From Utricularia gibba (lineage: Eukaryota; Plantae; Magnoliophyta), in contig NEEC01000031.1 in assembly GCA_002189035.1 (NCBI GenBank), positions 124,001-188,000 on the forward strand: a stretch of 64,000 bases of DNA, in the 5' to 3' direction. The position numbers and the translations under genes were made by a program. Of this stretch, positions 12,495-24,352 are shown one piece after another (position 1 is the first letter of the stretch; each line of letters opens with the position of its first letter). The notes under the pieces are model-generated. The model worked only from the letters and a program-made list of their open reading frames with translations. It was not told the origin of the DNA and made no database searches.

Positions 12495-13956
12495 ATGGGT
12501 GATTTTCTCCAGAACGAAATCTCCAGGAATCGGAAATTGTTGCTGGGAATCGGGTTTTGGGTGCAGGGGATGAGATGCTTCCCATGGATGGTTGTCAATT
12601 TCTTCCTCAAAGATGGGCTGAGAGTGGATCCTTCCACCCTTCAAATCCTTCAGAATTCGGCTAACTTGCCCATGGTGGCGAAGCCTTTGTACGGCATAAT
12701 CTCTGATTCATGTTACATCTTTGGCCAGCACCGCGTTCCTTATCTAGCATTAGGAGGTTCGTTTTCCCCTTCTGATTCAATGCATTTCTTTGAAATATAT
12801 ATCGACTTCTGATTGCGTTTTGATAAGAATTCCGAATCAGTTTGGAATGAGCATTACAATATGTTGATGGTTCTAACTCGTTTGGGATCTGATATGAACA
12901 AGTAATACAGCCCTTTTACAGGCAGTTTCATGGATAGCAATTGCAGCTTTGGCTGGATCGGGCATTTCATTCTTTTGGATCACCTTTTATCTACTTCTGG
13001 GCAATCTTGGTGCATCCATAGTGGAGGTTGCGAACGATGCGATGGTTGCAGAGACGGCGAAGGCGCAAACTTCTTCGAAAAGCCCCGCATCAGGAGGCCT
13101 GCAGTCATTCGTTTGGATGGCCTCGTCGATCGGCGGAGTTTTGGGAAGTTTCATTGGTGGCTTCTTCATCAACCAGTTCTCTCCACGGATGATGTTTTTC
13201 AGCTACGGAATTCTGCTCTGTTTGCAGTTCTTGGTGACTTCATTCATTCGTGAGAGCACTCTAGACCTTCCCAAAAGCTCGAAAAAACTCAGCTTCGATG
13301 CACAACTTGCTGAACTCGCAGCTGCGCTGAAGCAACCAGAGATTCTAAAACCGGTGCTGTGGTTTGCTTTCTCTTATGCCGTTATCCCAGCCTTAACAGG
13401 GACCATGTTTTATTACCAAACTCAGCATTTGAAGATGGAATCATCGCTGCTCGGAATCTCAAAGGTGTTTGGGCAGGCAGCGATGCTGTCATGGGGCATT
13501 GTCTACAACCACCGTCTCAAGTCCATATCTTCAAGGAAGCTTATCACGGCGGTGCAACTCTGCATGGCGATTTTCATGATCTCTGATTACCTCTTCGTCA
13601 ACGGAGTGTTTCGCCATCTCGGAGTTTCCGATTCGGCGTATGTTATCGTCTTCTCAGGCTTGCTGGAGGTTCTCTACTTCTTCAAGATCCTCCCCTTCAG
13701 TGTTCTGATGGCAAAGCTTTGCCCTCCGGGATGCGAAGGCTCCATCATGGCATTCGTCATGTCCGCCGTGGCACTAGCGTTTATCGTAAGTGGTTATCTC
13801 GGCGTTGCCTTAGCTTCGTATGTTGGAGTCACCGGAGACGATTTCTCCGGCTTGCCTCGAGCCCTTCTGATACAGGTGGCCTGCACTCTTCTCCCTCTCC
13901 GGTGGTCGAACTGGATACCCGATGACCCTCTACCCAAAGAGAAGAAGATGGAATAG
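12495..13956 (+). CDS. Folate-biopterin transporter (BT1/MFS family, FBT7-like), 2 exons
   Basis: MGDFLQNEISRNRKLLLGIGFWVQGMRCFPW...QNSANLPMVAKPLYGIISD; exon 2 starts at 12911 (ALLQAVSW); LGASIVEVANDAMVAE and LCPPGCEGSIMAFVMSA motifs. Confidence 0.92.
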
Positions 13957-14199
13957 GAATGAAGAGAGATCTGTATGTAGTCCACACCTTGATTCCTTCT
14001 TCCATGTACATACACACCAGTCAGCATTTTCATAGAAATGATTGCATTTTTATATAAAAATTCGTTTCTAATAGAGTTCATAGCAATGCCACCCCATGCA
14101 GTCGATGGGAAATCGCCACGTGTTTGCTTCGGTGTGTTGATCGATTTGCAGGAGTATGATATCGTAATCCTGTCCTGTTGTTTGTCGCCGAATTGGAGG

Positions 14200-17041
14200 A
14201 TGAATTCAGAGGGCTTGTTAGCTTCAGCTGCCATCAACGTCGGCTTGGCTCTATTCATCCTCATACTCTTTTCCATCCTCAGAAACTACCCTTCTTTCGC
14301 TCCTATTTACCATGGCCGTCGCCTTTCCCACCACCGCCGCGCCGGCGCGGCTTCCTCCCTCCGCGGAGGGCTCGGTTTGGTGCCGTCGGTCGGGTGGATA
14401 CGCCGCGGCGTCGTCGTCACGGAGGACGAGATTCTTGATTCTTGTGGGCTTGATGTGCTCATCTTCCTAAGGCTCTTCAAGTTTGGGTGAGAACATGAAA
14501 ATTGCCATGGTGAAAATTACTAGCTCAGCTGATTGGAAGCGTCGTCCACAGGATTCGATTCTTCGTTGTATGCTCTGCGATCGGATTGTTGATATTGCTT
14601 CCACTCAACTATGCAGCTGGGCGCCCAACTGCACCGAAATGGAATTACTCCATGGATGCTTTCACCATATCGAACATCGATGAAGGCTCCAACTGGCAAG
14701 TTCTACTTGTGTTCTTGTGCCATTTTGTTTCAACTCTTTATCAGTTGATGTGCTTCAATGTCACCTTGTTTTCCGTGATCAAAAGCCTTTGGGTGCATTG
14801 TGCCTGCTTGTACGGCTTGTCTTGCTATGGACTGTACATGCTCTACAAGGTAGCTCATGTTCCTCAGCACTTGTTTGCCTCCAATATATGTTCACAGTGC
14901 CTGCATCTTCTTCTTTTGGTAATGTCTTTCGCTTAGGAATATGATGCTGCTTTGCTAGAGAGGATTCATCAGCTTCATGTTTTGCGACATGATCCGAATC
15001 AATTCACTGTTTTGGTTCGGGAAATCCCATTATGTGAGGAACACAATGCCCGTGATTGTGCGATAGACCACTTCTTCTCAAAGTATCATCCACACTCATA
15101 CCAGTCTTACCAGATCCTGTATGATGGAAGGGATGTTGACAAGCTATTGGTTGGTTCCTTGCAATTTTTCTGTTCTGGAGCTGTTTAGTCTGCCTGCTTT
15201 TCTGATAATGTAATTGATCTGTTAACAGAGCAATGCCAAGACCATTACAAGAAAAATCAAGGAGCTGAGGCAGAATTCATTCCATGAAACAACATATGGT
15301 GACCCCCCTTTGTTGGGATCCTCGAAAAATGAAGCACAGATAGAGAAGCAGAAAGAAGCTCTTCAAAGACTTGTTCGTGATCTACGGGTGTTGCAGAGCA
15401 AACAGCAGCTCCAACAGAAGGCAAAATGCCATCTTTCTTTCTCCATTTTACAGTTACAGCGGCTAACTTTCTTATACATTCTGTTTGCAGGAGTTACCTG
15501 TTGCATTCGTCACGTTTAAATCACGGTGGGGAGCTGCTCTGGCAGCTCAATCTCAGCAGATTCCTAATCCCACTGTATGGGTTACTGAGATGGCTCCAGA
15601 GCCGAGAGATGTTCTGTGGAGAAACTTATCGATTCCCTACAGATACCTCCCCCTTTGTAAACTCGGTGTGTATATAGCTGCCTCTTTGCTCACAATCTTC
15701 TTCGCAGTCCCGGTGACTGCTGTTCAGGGGATAGCGAAGTTTGAGAGCCTGAAGAATTGGTTTCCTCCTGCCATGGCAGTACAGCTTATGTAAGTAAGAC
15801 ACTGCAACCTTGCCTAGGTGCTTCATTCTACTGATAAGTGTTCCCCTCCTCCACTCTTATAAGACCGGGAGTGAGGTCTGTTGTTACAGGATATCTTCCG
15901 AGTGCTATACTGAATGGATTCGTGTATGTGGTTCCCTTTGCTATGATACAGTTGGCCAAGTTTGCAGGCTATGTATCAAAGAGCAGGAAGGATATAAAGG
16001 CATGCAACATGGTGTTCTATTTCCTCGTTGGGAATGTCTTCTTCTTAACTCTTCTGTCAGGATCCTTGCTGGATCAAATTGGTGAGACCTTCATCCACCC
16101 GAAAGATGTTCCCAGTCGTCTCGCCAGAGCAGCTTCTGCTCAAGTACATCAACACTTCTACTTGGTTGCTGCTTGTTGTATGTATGGTATGATCCACTTT
16201 GGCCACTCACTCACCTTCTTCTTACCTCAGGCAGACTTCTTCCTGACATACATCTTAACAAACGGCCTGTGTGGGTTCTCTCTGGAGATTCTTCAGCCTG
16301 GATTACTCATGTGGGATGCAATGAAGTCGCATATATGGCACCGTGGGAAGCCCAAACAGCCCTACCTCTATTCGCTGCCGTATTACCGGATTATCCCATA
16401 TGTCGCACTTTGCACTCTGATAGGGATGGTGTACGCTGTTGTTTCACCGTTGATCCTTCCCATTCTGGTAGCATATTACTGTATTGGCTACGTTGTCTTC
16501 GTTAACCAGGTAACCAGATCAAGCACAAGATGCACATCAGCCCTCGCTGCCTCTGTGATTCTGATGCTGAATCTTGCAATTTTCCAGGTTCAAGAAGTCT
16601 ACACAACTACCTACGAAACATGCGGCCAGTACTGGCCGTACATGCACCACTACATCCTTGTGTCGATCGTCATCATGCAGATAACGATGATCGGGCTGTT
16701 CGGTCTGAAGTCTAAGCCGGCGGCATCGTTTGCGATTATACCTCTCTTGGTATTCACCCTGCTCTTTGGTGAATACTGCAGAACTCGTTTCCTTCCAACG
16801 TTCTTCAAGTGCTCGGTCAAGGTAGCGTCTGGATGAATTCAGGCATGTTACTGGAACTTCCATATGGTGCTCAGAGGATGCTGTTGGCTTGTAGGATGCC
16901 AGAGACAGGGACGAGCATGATGAGAAGAGGGATTTGATCGAAGCCAATGTCCAGAATGCTCTTGATGCCTACTGCCCTCCATGTCTAAAGCCTCTGGATA
17001 TCCAACAGGAGGAGGAGGAGGAGTCACATGCTGCGTTTTAA
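14200..17041 (+). CDS. OSCA2.5: OSCA/CSC1/TMEM63 hyperosmolality-gated cation channel (OSCA2.5-like), 10 exons, two GC-AG introns
   Basis: MNSEGLLASAAINVGLA, SMDAFTISNI, QFTVLVREIP, ELPVAFVTFKSRWGAALAAQ, WVTEMAPEPRDVLWRNL, VTGYLPSAIL, GFSLEILQPG and YETCGQYWP. Last exon DARDRDEHDEK...ESHAAF, stop at 17039-17041. Confidence 0.93.
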
Positions 17042-17206
17042 ACTTGCAGGTATACTGAGATTTTCTCTAGAAGGCTTATGCACACACACACAGACGGAGG
17101 TGATTCATTACAAGGAAGCACAATTCTTCATAAAAGAGATAATGTAAGCCAAGTGAACAGCACCTCTTACTCTGAAACGACAATGGAGTTTGCTGCCATT
17201 GATCAG

Positions 17207-18034
17207 CTACAAGCAGCAAAGCGGGCACTTTACTAAGCCATTTTCGTTGCACTCGATGCATCTCCTTGGTTGCTCTTCATCTTCATCATACACTTTTCGA
17301 CTGCCATCGCAGTTTGTGCAAGGAATAAACCGGATGCCGTCGCAGGCTTCACAGGGCTTCGATGGCATCAAAGGCAGGCCTTTGATCAGTCTCACGAGCT
17401 CATCGTTCTCGTGCAATTGCCTGATCACGTCGGCGCCGCCGATGTATTTCCCCTTGATGAACACCTGAGGTAAACAGACATTGGTTTCCCCGAGGACTCT
17501 CTGCAGCTCCTTCCTGTAGCCAATGTCCATTGATATATCTCGTTCATCGAGATTCACTCGAAGCCCACGGAAAATCATGCGGATACTTTGGCAATCCTGG
17601 AACGTTTTCCTTATCCCACGGAGACTAGTGAAATAAACAACAACCCTATCCTCCGTCCCCGGCAGCCGGAACAGACACTCCGGCTGCGTAAAAATGATGC
17701 TCTTAGGCGACAACGCAGATGAACCCGGTGCCGTCAACAAATTTTTCGACGATTTGGAGAGCGAGAGCGAATCCGGAGATCTAATACTGGTATTCGGATC
17801 CTCGAAGATGGAGCATAATTGGCGTACCTTCCCCCTCAAAGTATTCCCGGCCGCGACCATGGAACCAATAGAGGAGCTGTAGAAACTCTTGAAAGAGGTA
17901 CTCCGCTGCAAGGCCGGCGAATTACACAGATCGTACAAGGGCCTACCGGTAAATTTCACCGAGGTACCGATCTCGGTTTCATCGCCTAGGGTTTTCTCTT
18001 GGTGTTGCATCAATGGTTTCTTGCCATCCGCCAT
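17207..18034 (-). CDS. Glutaredoxin-like protein with C-terminal CxxC repeats (GRX-like/GRXCR type), intronless
   Basis: VVVYFTSLRGIRKTFQDC and LPQVFIKGKYIGGAD (GRX fold), followed by CEACDGIRFIPCTNCDGS...CIECNENGLVKCPLC. Confidence 0.92.
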   Translation of the reverse strand: MADGKKPLMQHQEKTLGDETEIGTSVKFTGRPLYDLCNSPALQRSTSFKSFYSSSIGSMVAAGNTLRGKVRQLCSIFEDPNTSIRSPDSLSLSKSSKNLLTAPGSSALSPKSIIFTQPECLFRLPGTEDRVVVYFTSLRGIRKTFQDCQSIRMIFRGLRVNLDERDISMDIGYRKELQRVLGETNVCLPQVFIKGKYIGGADVIRQLHENDELVRLIKGLPLMPSKPCEACDGIRFIPCTNCDGSRKVYDEDEEQPRRCIECNENGLVKCPLCCL

Positions 18035-18711
18035 GGAGACCCAATCGCCCTCAGGAGAACAGAATCCAAAGGCTCAGCAGCGCAGCTGGGGGAAGACGAA
18101 GCGCAGGCGGGCGCACAAATCGGTCGGTCGGTTTGCTTTACGAGAAAGAAAAGTAGTCCTGAATTCCACGAAGAACGCGTCTGATCAAAATGCCTCAGCG
18201 ATTGCTCTAATGTAATGTCGAGTCTGGAGGGACGGACACGCACGAACACCGTGGGTAGGTGTTAGGGGATGTGGTCCCCGCCTACCCCCTTCTTAATGTC
18301 GTGTTAATAATTAATTGACTACTGATGTTAGTTATAACCCCCCCGCGTTAAGTCAACAATATTCTGTAGACATAATATGATTTGGGATTATTGAAAACCC
18401 TACACCTAAATTCATTGGAGCCCCCCCTCCCTTCTTATGCTTTTAATGAATTTCATTAATGAATTATTTTAATAAATTTCATTAATGAATCTTGAATGCT
18501 ACTCATAAAGATACTGCATGTTATTTAATTTTCATGATTTTATGATTTTAATTAAATGATTACCTTATTCAGTTTATAGTCAATGTGAGATTCAATATAT
18601 ATGCGTCTAGATATTTGAGTTTTCAAGCATTGGAGTTTATTGAGTAATTAAGAAAGGTGTTTTGCTGATCACCATCAATTTTGAAAATCCATGTTTGCTT
18701 CTCTATCTATT

Positions 18712-18790
18712 TGGGCTTGGGCTTTACTAGGCGTTATTTTCCTAAGCTGTCCACCGCAGAATTGGGCTTCGGGTGGTTACTCAAGGCCCA
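18712..18790. promoter_or_regulatory. Four site II (TGGGCY) elements in the rps1 promoter
   Basis: TGGGCT at 18712, 18718 and 18763; GGCCCA at 18785. All lie 113-191 bp upstream of the ATG at 18903. Confidence 0.7.
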
Positions 18791-18902
18791 TTTCCTGAAG
18801 ATAGGGCTCAAGTCACTAGTGACGATAATCGATAGCTGCCGGAAGAGGGGAGGGGGGTTTTGCCGGTGAGGGAGGGAGGGATACTTGAGGTCGTTCCGAA
18901 GG

Positions 18903-19517
18903 ATGAGTGGATACATGAGCCGGTTGTTTGCGAGGTCCAATTCGAGTGTCCTGCTTCAGAGCGGAAACGCTCTGGAAGCCAAAGTGGTGCGTTTAAAGGA
19001 TCAAATGTACCTCGTCGATGCAGGTATCGGCCGGCCAAGAATCGCTACTCAGGAAGAGCTGATCAAGCCCCCAAACGCTGACGGCGCTGCCCCGTTCAGG
19101 ACTCGGGTAGGGTACCTAAAGCCGTCGAACAAGGATTCGCCGGTGAAAAATCTTCTCTTGCAACGCTGCTTCGCGGATTTGGTCACTGGCGACCCCAGGA
19201 CTAAGCAACAGGCGGCGGTCCGGTTCGAGAACATGGTTGGGGACGAGGATGCTGCCGCCGGTGACGAGCAGCCGCTCCTCCTTCCACGGCGATTCCGAAA
19301 AACTAGGGCTTTGATGGAACTGCAGAATGCGTTCAAGGCTCATAGGAAAGTGAAGGGCTTTGTAGCTGAGAAAGTTCGTGGTGGCTATACCATCGGAATT
19401 GCAGGTTATCTTGCGTTTCTTCCCGCGCGTCAGTCGTTTATCGGAAGAGTTACCCACGATCGGTTCATGATCGAAAGCATTAAAGGGAAGAAAATCATTC
19501 TTAGCCGCGGAGGATGA
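18903..19517 (+). CDS. rps1: Nucleus-located mitochondrial ribosomal protein S1 (rps1), 204 aa, intronless CDS
   Basis: The track ORF starts at a TTG; the first ATG is 18903. MSGYMSRLFARSNSSVLLQSGNALEAKVVRLKDQMYLVDAGIGRPRI...LLLPRRFRKTRA...VKGFVAEKVRGGYTIGIAGYLAFLP...DRFMIESI is collinear with plant mitochondrial Rps1 as I recall it (MSIYLSRLFPRSNSS...SGNAL...FLVDAGLGTPRI...LLLPRRFRQ...VKGFIIEKVKGGYSVAIAGFITFLP). Confidence 0.88.
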   Translation: MSGYMSRLFARSNSSVLLQSGNALEAKVVRLKDQMYLVDAGIGRPRIATQEELIKPPNADGAAPFRTRVGYLKPSNKDSPVKNLLLQRCFADLVTGDPRTKQQAAVRFENMVGDEDAAAGDEQPLLLPRRFRKTRALMELQNAFKAHRKVKGFVAEKVRGGYTIGIAGYLAFLPARQSFIGRVTHDRFMIESIKGKKIILSRGG

Positions 19518-22500
19518 GTCGCCGATCCTTTCTTCGGTTGATCTCAGGTTAGAGGGTGAATTTATATCCCTGTTGAGCTTTGCTTTGTGCTTTCATGTTC
19601 ATACGTTGAGCAAGGTGTGGCTGTACACTGGGATTTTCTGGATGAAATGAGGATACTGCAATATGGCTTACAGTGCATCATTCATTTGATAGTTCAAATG
19701 TAATAAAAAAACTGATGATCTTAAGCACCCAGTAGTCGACTAGTCATCCTTTAGACGATACTTTTTGTAAGGGCAAAGATGATGTGTATTGACATGAAGT
19801 ACATGAAATGAACGCAGGGGTAGGTATGGATATTTCATTGTTGAAGGTTAAGTTACGATTGTCCTTAAGCTAGCTGTTCGTATTTCTCAAGTTGGATGCA
19901 TTTCTAGATGATATTGTGAATTAGACAACACTCTGCACATCTTGTTCATTCTGAGGCACTCACGTCCATAACTTGTTAAATCCTTGCAGATTGACAGGAC
20001 GAAGGAAATGAAACAGTAATTAACCGACCGTTGAATGCTTTGGTTTTGCAAGAGTACAATTTTCTGCTTCTGGGATTGTAATGACATTAATAAGCTCTTG
20101 TCCTGAGGCCTGATACAGGCCATCCTGACACGGAATGATACCTCGAAAGGAAAAATAGAAGGTTTTGATTGTGTGTTTGTTCAAATTGCCCTTCTCAAAA
20201 TCAAGTCCGACAGCAGATAGCAATGGTGTCACTGATAGCAGCAACTTGACTGTTTATCGGATTGTATGGATGAATTTGCATGTTATATCAAGTCCGCCCC
20301 AACCGTGATCGTATGGATCTTCGCCGTTCATCCGGTCCGATGGCCAAATGGGTCCATCCTCAACTTGCGCCGATGGAGAAGGGAAGCATCCAAAGGGGAC
20401 TGGCCAGCAGCAGCCCATGTGAAGGAAAGCGCCACATTCATTTTGTCAAACGTAGCTGCAGTTCTCTGCTTACACGTGTTGACTTCACCTTGAGCATTCA
20501 TAATGAACTATTTGCCTTGAAGCACTTGCCCCCACCCCACCCCATCCCTCCGCTTTAATGCTTCCCTATTCAGATCTGTACAAACAGAAAGGAGGCAGTG
20601 GAAGAAATGCATTGCAAGCAGGCAGCATAAACCCCAGCTCCACCGTAACATGGGGCACTAACCCGAGATCAGATCACTCAGGGCGGGGTTTAGTTTAATG
20701 GCGCGATGAGACTGAGAGTGCGTGTCCATGTCCAAGAGGGGAGACAAGGGTCGGTATCCAGCAGGATTCGCGGGATATGGCGGGTTTCTTAGAAGGATTA
20801 TTATTGCACTCCTCTCCTCTTCTCTTCTCCCCCATTTTGGTTCTACCCCTCTGAGTCTGCTCTGCTGCCCTATCCCTGTCCCTATCTCTATCCCTATCTC
20901 CTTCTAATATCCCATCCCACTCCCACTCCACAGTACACAGTCCACACAACAACACACACACACACCCTCCCTCCTCCACCACCATCCATCTACGCAGCGC
21001 AGGTTCCAACCTCCAACATTCCAATCCTCGCTAGTGTTACTGCATCCTTTGGGGATTGGATGGAGACTAGATGGGAGGAGGAGGGAAATGACGAGACTGC
21101 CCCATTGGTGTCTGTCTGTCTGTTTCGTCGGTCTTCCCTGCGCTGCCCTCCCTGCAGTGCAGGTGTTGTCCCTGCAGTTTCAGCTGCCTGCTTGCAGTTT
21201 CCTCTCTCTCCCCCTCTCTCCCTGTCATCACGTGCTTCCCACATGATGCCAGAGGGAGCAACCCCTCTGCCCCCTCTTCCCCGGCGGCCCCACCGGCAAA
21301 ATGGAATGCGAAGCCACTCCCCAAGCAGCCAACAAACACCACACAAATCCCATATGCATTATGATGCATCATACACAGCATATCCTGAAGCAATAATAAT
21401 AAAAAAAAAGAAATGGCACTCGCCAACAAATAGTGACAATATTCATTATTCCTGGGTCGAAGAGACAAACCAGACTTTCGTGAGGGGAAGGAAATCAGGT
21501 TACGTGCTCCTTTTCTGTTCACATTTTGCAAGTATTTTTTTTTCTTTTTATTTTTACGGTGTATGAAAATCATAAGATAAGAAAAAGGGTGGCCACGTGG
21601 CAGAGGGGGTGGGGAGGATGACGTCATCATTCCGGCAGGCAACAGCGACGGTTTTATTTGAAATAGGATTTCACCCCACAACTCCCAGTCCGAATCCTTT
21701 TTCAACTTGTGCTTTTTTCAAATCCCCCCTCTCACGTCTCTTTCTCGTCTGCCTCCACTCTTCTGTCTGTCATGTCTGCTTACCCCCACCCCCATCCCAC
21801 TCATTAATGGCTCCTACACCATCGCTACCCGCACACAAGAAAAAGAAAATCCTCTCGTACGCCTCTGCTTCAACATGTAACTCTCCTTCATCATCATTAG
21901 AAGAAAGAAAAAAGAGATGGCGTGGGGTAAATACAATTGACTGTTACTGGGAAAGAAAATGAACAAGACTGTGTTGGGGTGAGCTTACGAGTGGGTGGCG
22001 AGTGAAAGAGCTCTCCGGCCATGTGTTGCATCATGATTAGTGGGTGATTATGGGGCGTTTAATGAGCAGATTCTTGAAAAGTTTAGGTCTAGTTAATGGT
22101 ACATTGAGGGGGAGGTCAGTCACGCACTCGTGCACCCTTGGGAACATCAACGAAACCGATGACGAAGCGCCAGTCAAAGCATGGGGTACTGTTCTCCTCT
22201 GTTGCAAATTTTAAATGCGATTTCACTCGTTAATCACCAACTGGATCTTGCTTGCGTCTTCCCTTGTCCTGGGGTAGTATGTATATTTCTTCTATCTCAA
22301 ATAAGCAACACAGCTCGGGTCCTCGCCTGTCAAGATCTTACTCTGCGAGCAGCTTGCTTACTTGATGTGGTCTGAATGCATGTTGTGGCCACACATCCCT
22401 ACTTTTTTCACAGCTGAGCGCACTACGCAAACTAGTAAATCGAATTTAATTATGCACGAGGACATGGTCTGTGGTTAAAGAGGCCAACGCTTGGGCAGAA

Positions 22501-22691
22501 TAACCATTATGCTGCTTTGCCACCGGTACTCACACTCCCCCACGTCCCTATGTGTGTATATATGCTGATGTGCAGACAGTGCGGCCACAGACCGGTGAAG
22601 GGTAAACACGAAGGCAAAGAGAGCAATCATCATCTCTCACAGCACCCAAACCCGAAAATCCCAGCCTCTCTTTCTTCTCCTCCTCTGCTCA

Positions 22692-24352
22692 ATGATGAGA
22701 GACCAAGCAACATGGTTCAATTTCCTTCCTCTTCATTCCACAGCCACTTCTATTCAATCTAGAGGCTCTTTTCTTTCCCTTCAAGACAGCCATGGAGAAA
22801 CGGACCTCCAAATAGGGCTTCCTTGCCAGCAGCAGGCCTCCGATCAGGGATCTAGGGTTTCCTCCGATGATCAAACGGCTGAGAAGGATGGTGTTGATAT
22901 ACTCTCTGGGCTTCCCTTGAACAAGCTTAACATGGGAGGGCAGTACTGGATTCCCACGCCTTCCCAGATCCTCATTGGTCCTACTCAATTCTCTTGTCCA
23001 CTTTGCTTCAAGACCTTCAACAGATACAATAATTTACAGGTACGATCATTAATGAATGGAATTTGCCCTAGATTGTTGTGTGTTTTTTGGGGAGATTTGA
23101 TTATATCTGGAACTGGAAATGTCCCAATCCGGTAGTGTCTCATCAAGTCTTTTCCAAACTGCGATTCAGATCTAAGCAGTCGCTTCTTCTGTGCATATGT
23201 TTTTGTGTGTGTGTGTCATTCAGTCCCTATGTTTAGGCCTTTTCAGTCAGATGAGAATTTGACATTCACATACGCTTTGAAGCTTCATAAATTTCCTTCC
23301 CAGGCATTGTCTTCCCTATTCAAATTCCAATCAGCCCTTCCAGAAAATGATGAGTTTTCTCCTTTGAGTAGGAGGTTTTGCACAGCTCTCCATGAGTCGC
23401 AGAACCCCAGAAGTTGACTAACTTCTCTTTGAAATCCCACTTATCCAGCCTTCACCCAGATTTTGCAAGAGTTCATGATCCCTTTGTGTCTCCATACGCA
23501 TTTCATGGGAGCATAGAATTCTTTGGTCTATCAGGAGTCCGTCCATACCCAGAAAGAGAGAAGTAGAACATCATTCCATAGATCAAGATATTGCAAGAAA
23601 ATGGATAAACCCCAACAGTTGCATTAGCAACATAAAAAAGTTAGTGCATTTAGAATTACTAACTTGTTGTCAGATTAGGGTTTTAGAATAACAAAACATT
23701 TGTGTTTTTGGTAAAAAAAACATGAAGTTTGTGAATGATTTTGAGTAAAAAAGTTTTTTGATGGAAGTGATGTCAGGGGCAGCAGTTGAACGAAGCATCT
23801 TTGTTTAATGGTGTTCCTTGTCATGGTTGCCATAATTCAATTCATTGTGAAGATATGATTTTGGTGTTTTAAATTTTATTACACCAGATGCATATGTGGG
23901 GCCACGGTTCGCAGTATCGGAAAGGCCCGGAGTCTCTCCGTGGTGCTCAGCCGACGGCGATGCTCCGGCTGCCGTGCTACTGCTGTTGGCCGGGATGCAA
24001 GCACAACGTGGATGATCCGCGGGGGCGCCCGTTGAAGGACTTCCGTACACTCCAGACGCATTACAAAAGGAAGCACGGGGCGAAGCCGTTTTCTTGCCGG
24101 AGATGCTCGAAGCCGTTCGCTGTGAAAGGCGATTGGAGGACGCATGAGAAGAACTGCGGGAAGGTGTGGTATTGTTCGTGTGGATCGGATTTTAAGCACA
24201 AAAGGTCGTTGAAGGATCATATAAAGGCGTTTGGACACGGTCACGGACACGTTGCCGGTCCGGGGTCGGGGTTGGAGGGGGAGGATGAGGGCGGTGAGTG
24301 GCTGTCGGAGGTGGAGGAGCACGGCGGCGAACGGGGTTTTCTGATGGCTTGA
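22692..24352 (+). CDS. WIP: WIP-type C2H2 zinc-finger transcription factor (WIP2/NTT group), 2 exons
   Basis: [34 protein letters not shown]|[19 protein letters not shown]...[17 protein letters not shown]...[16 protein letters not shown]...[19 protein letters not shown]. Intron 23040-23887. Confidence 0.95.

Noticed and set aside
20695-21024. ORF containing WIPT and GHGH near the WIP gene
   Set aside because: No zinc-finger residues, and the ORF is built largely from microsatellite-like repeats; coincidental.
21250-21269. Hairpin CAGAGGG-agcaac-CCCTCTG
   Set aside because: A 7-bp stem is expected by chance, is too short for a pre-miRNA, and matches no mature miRNA.
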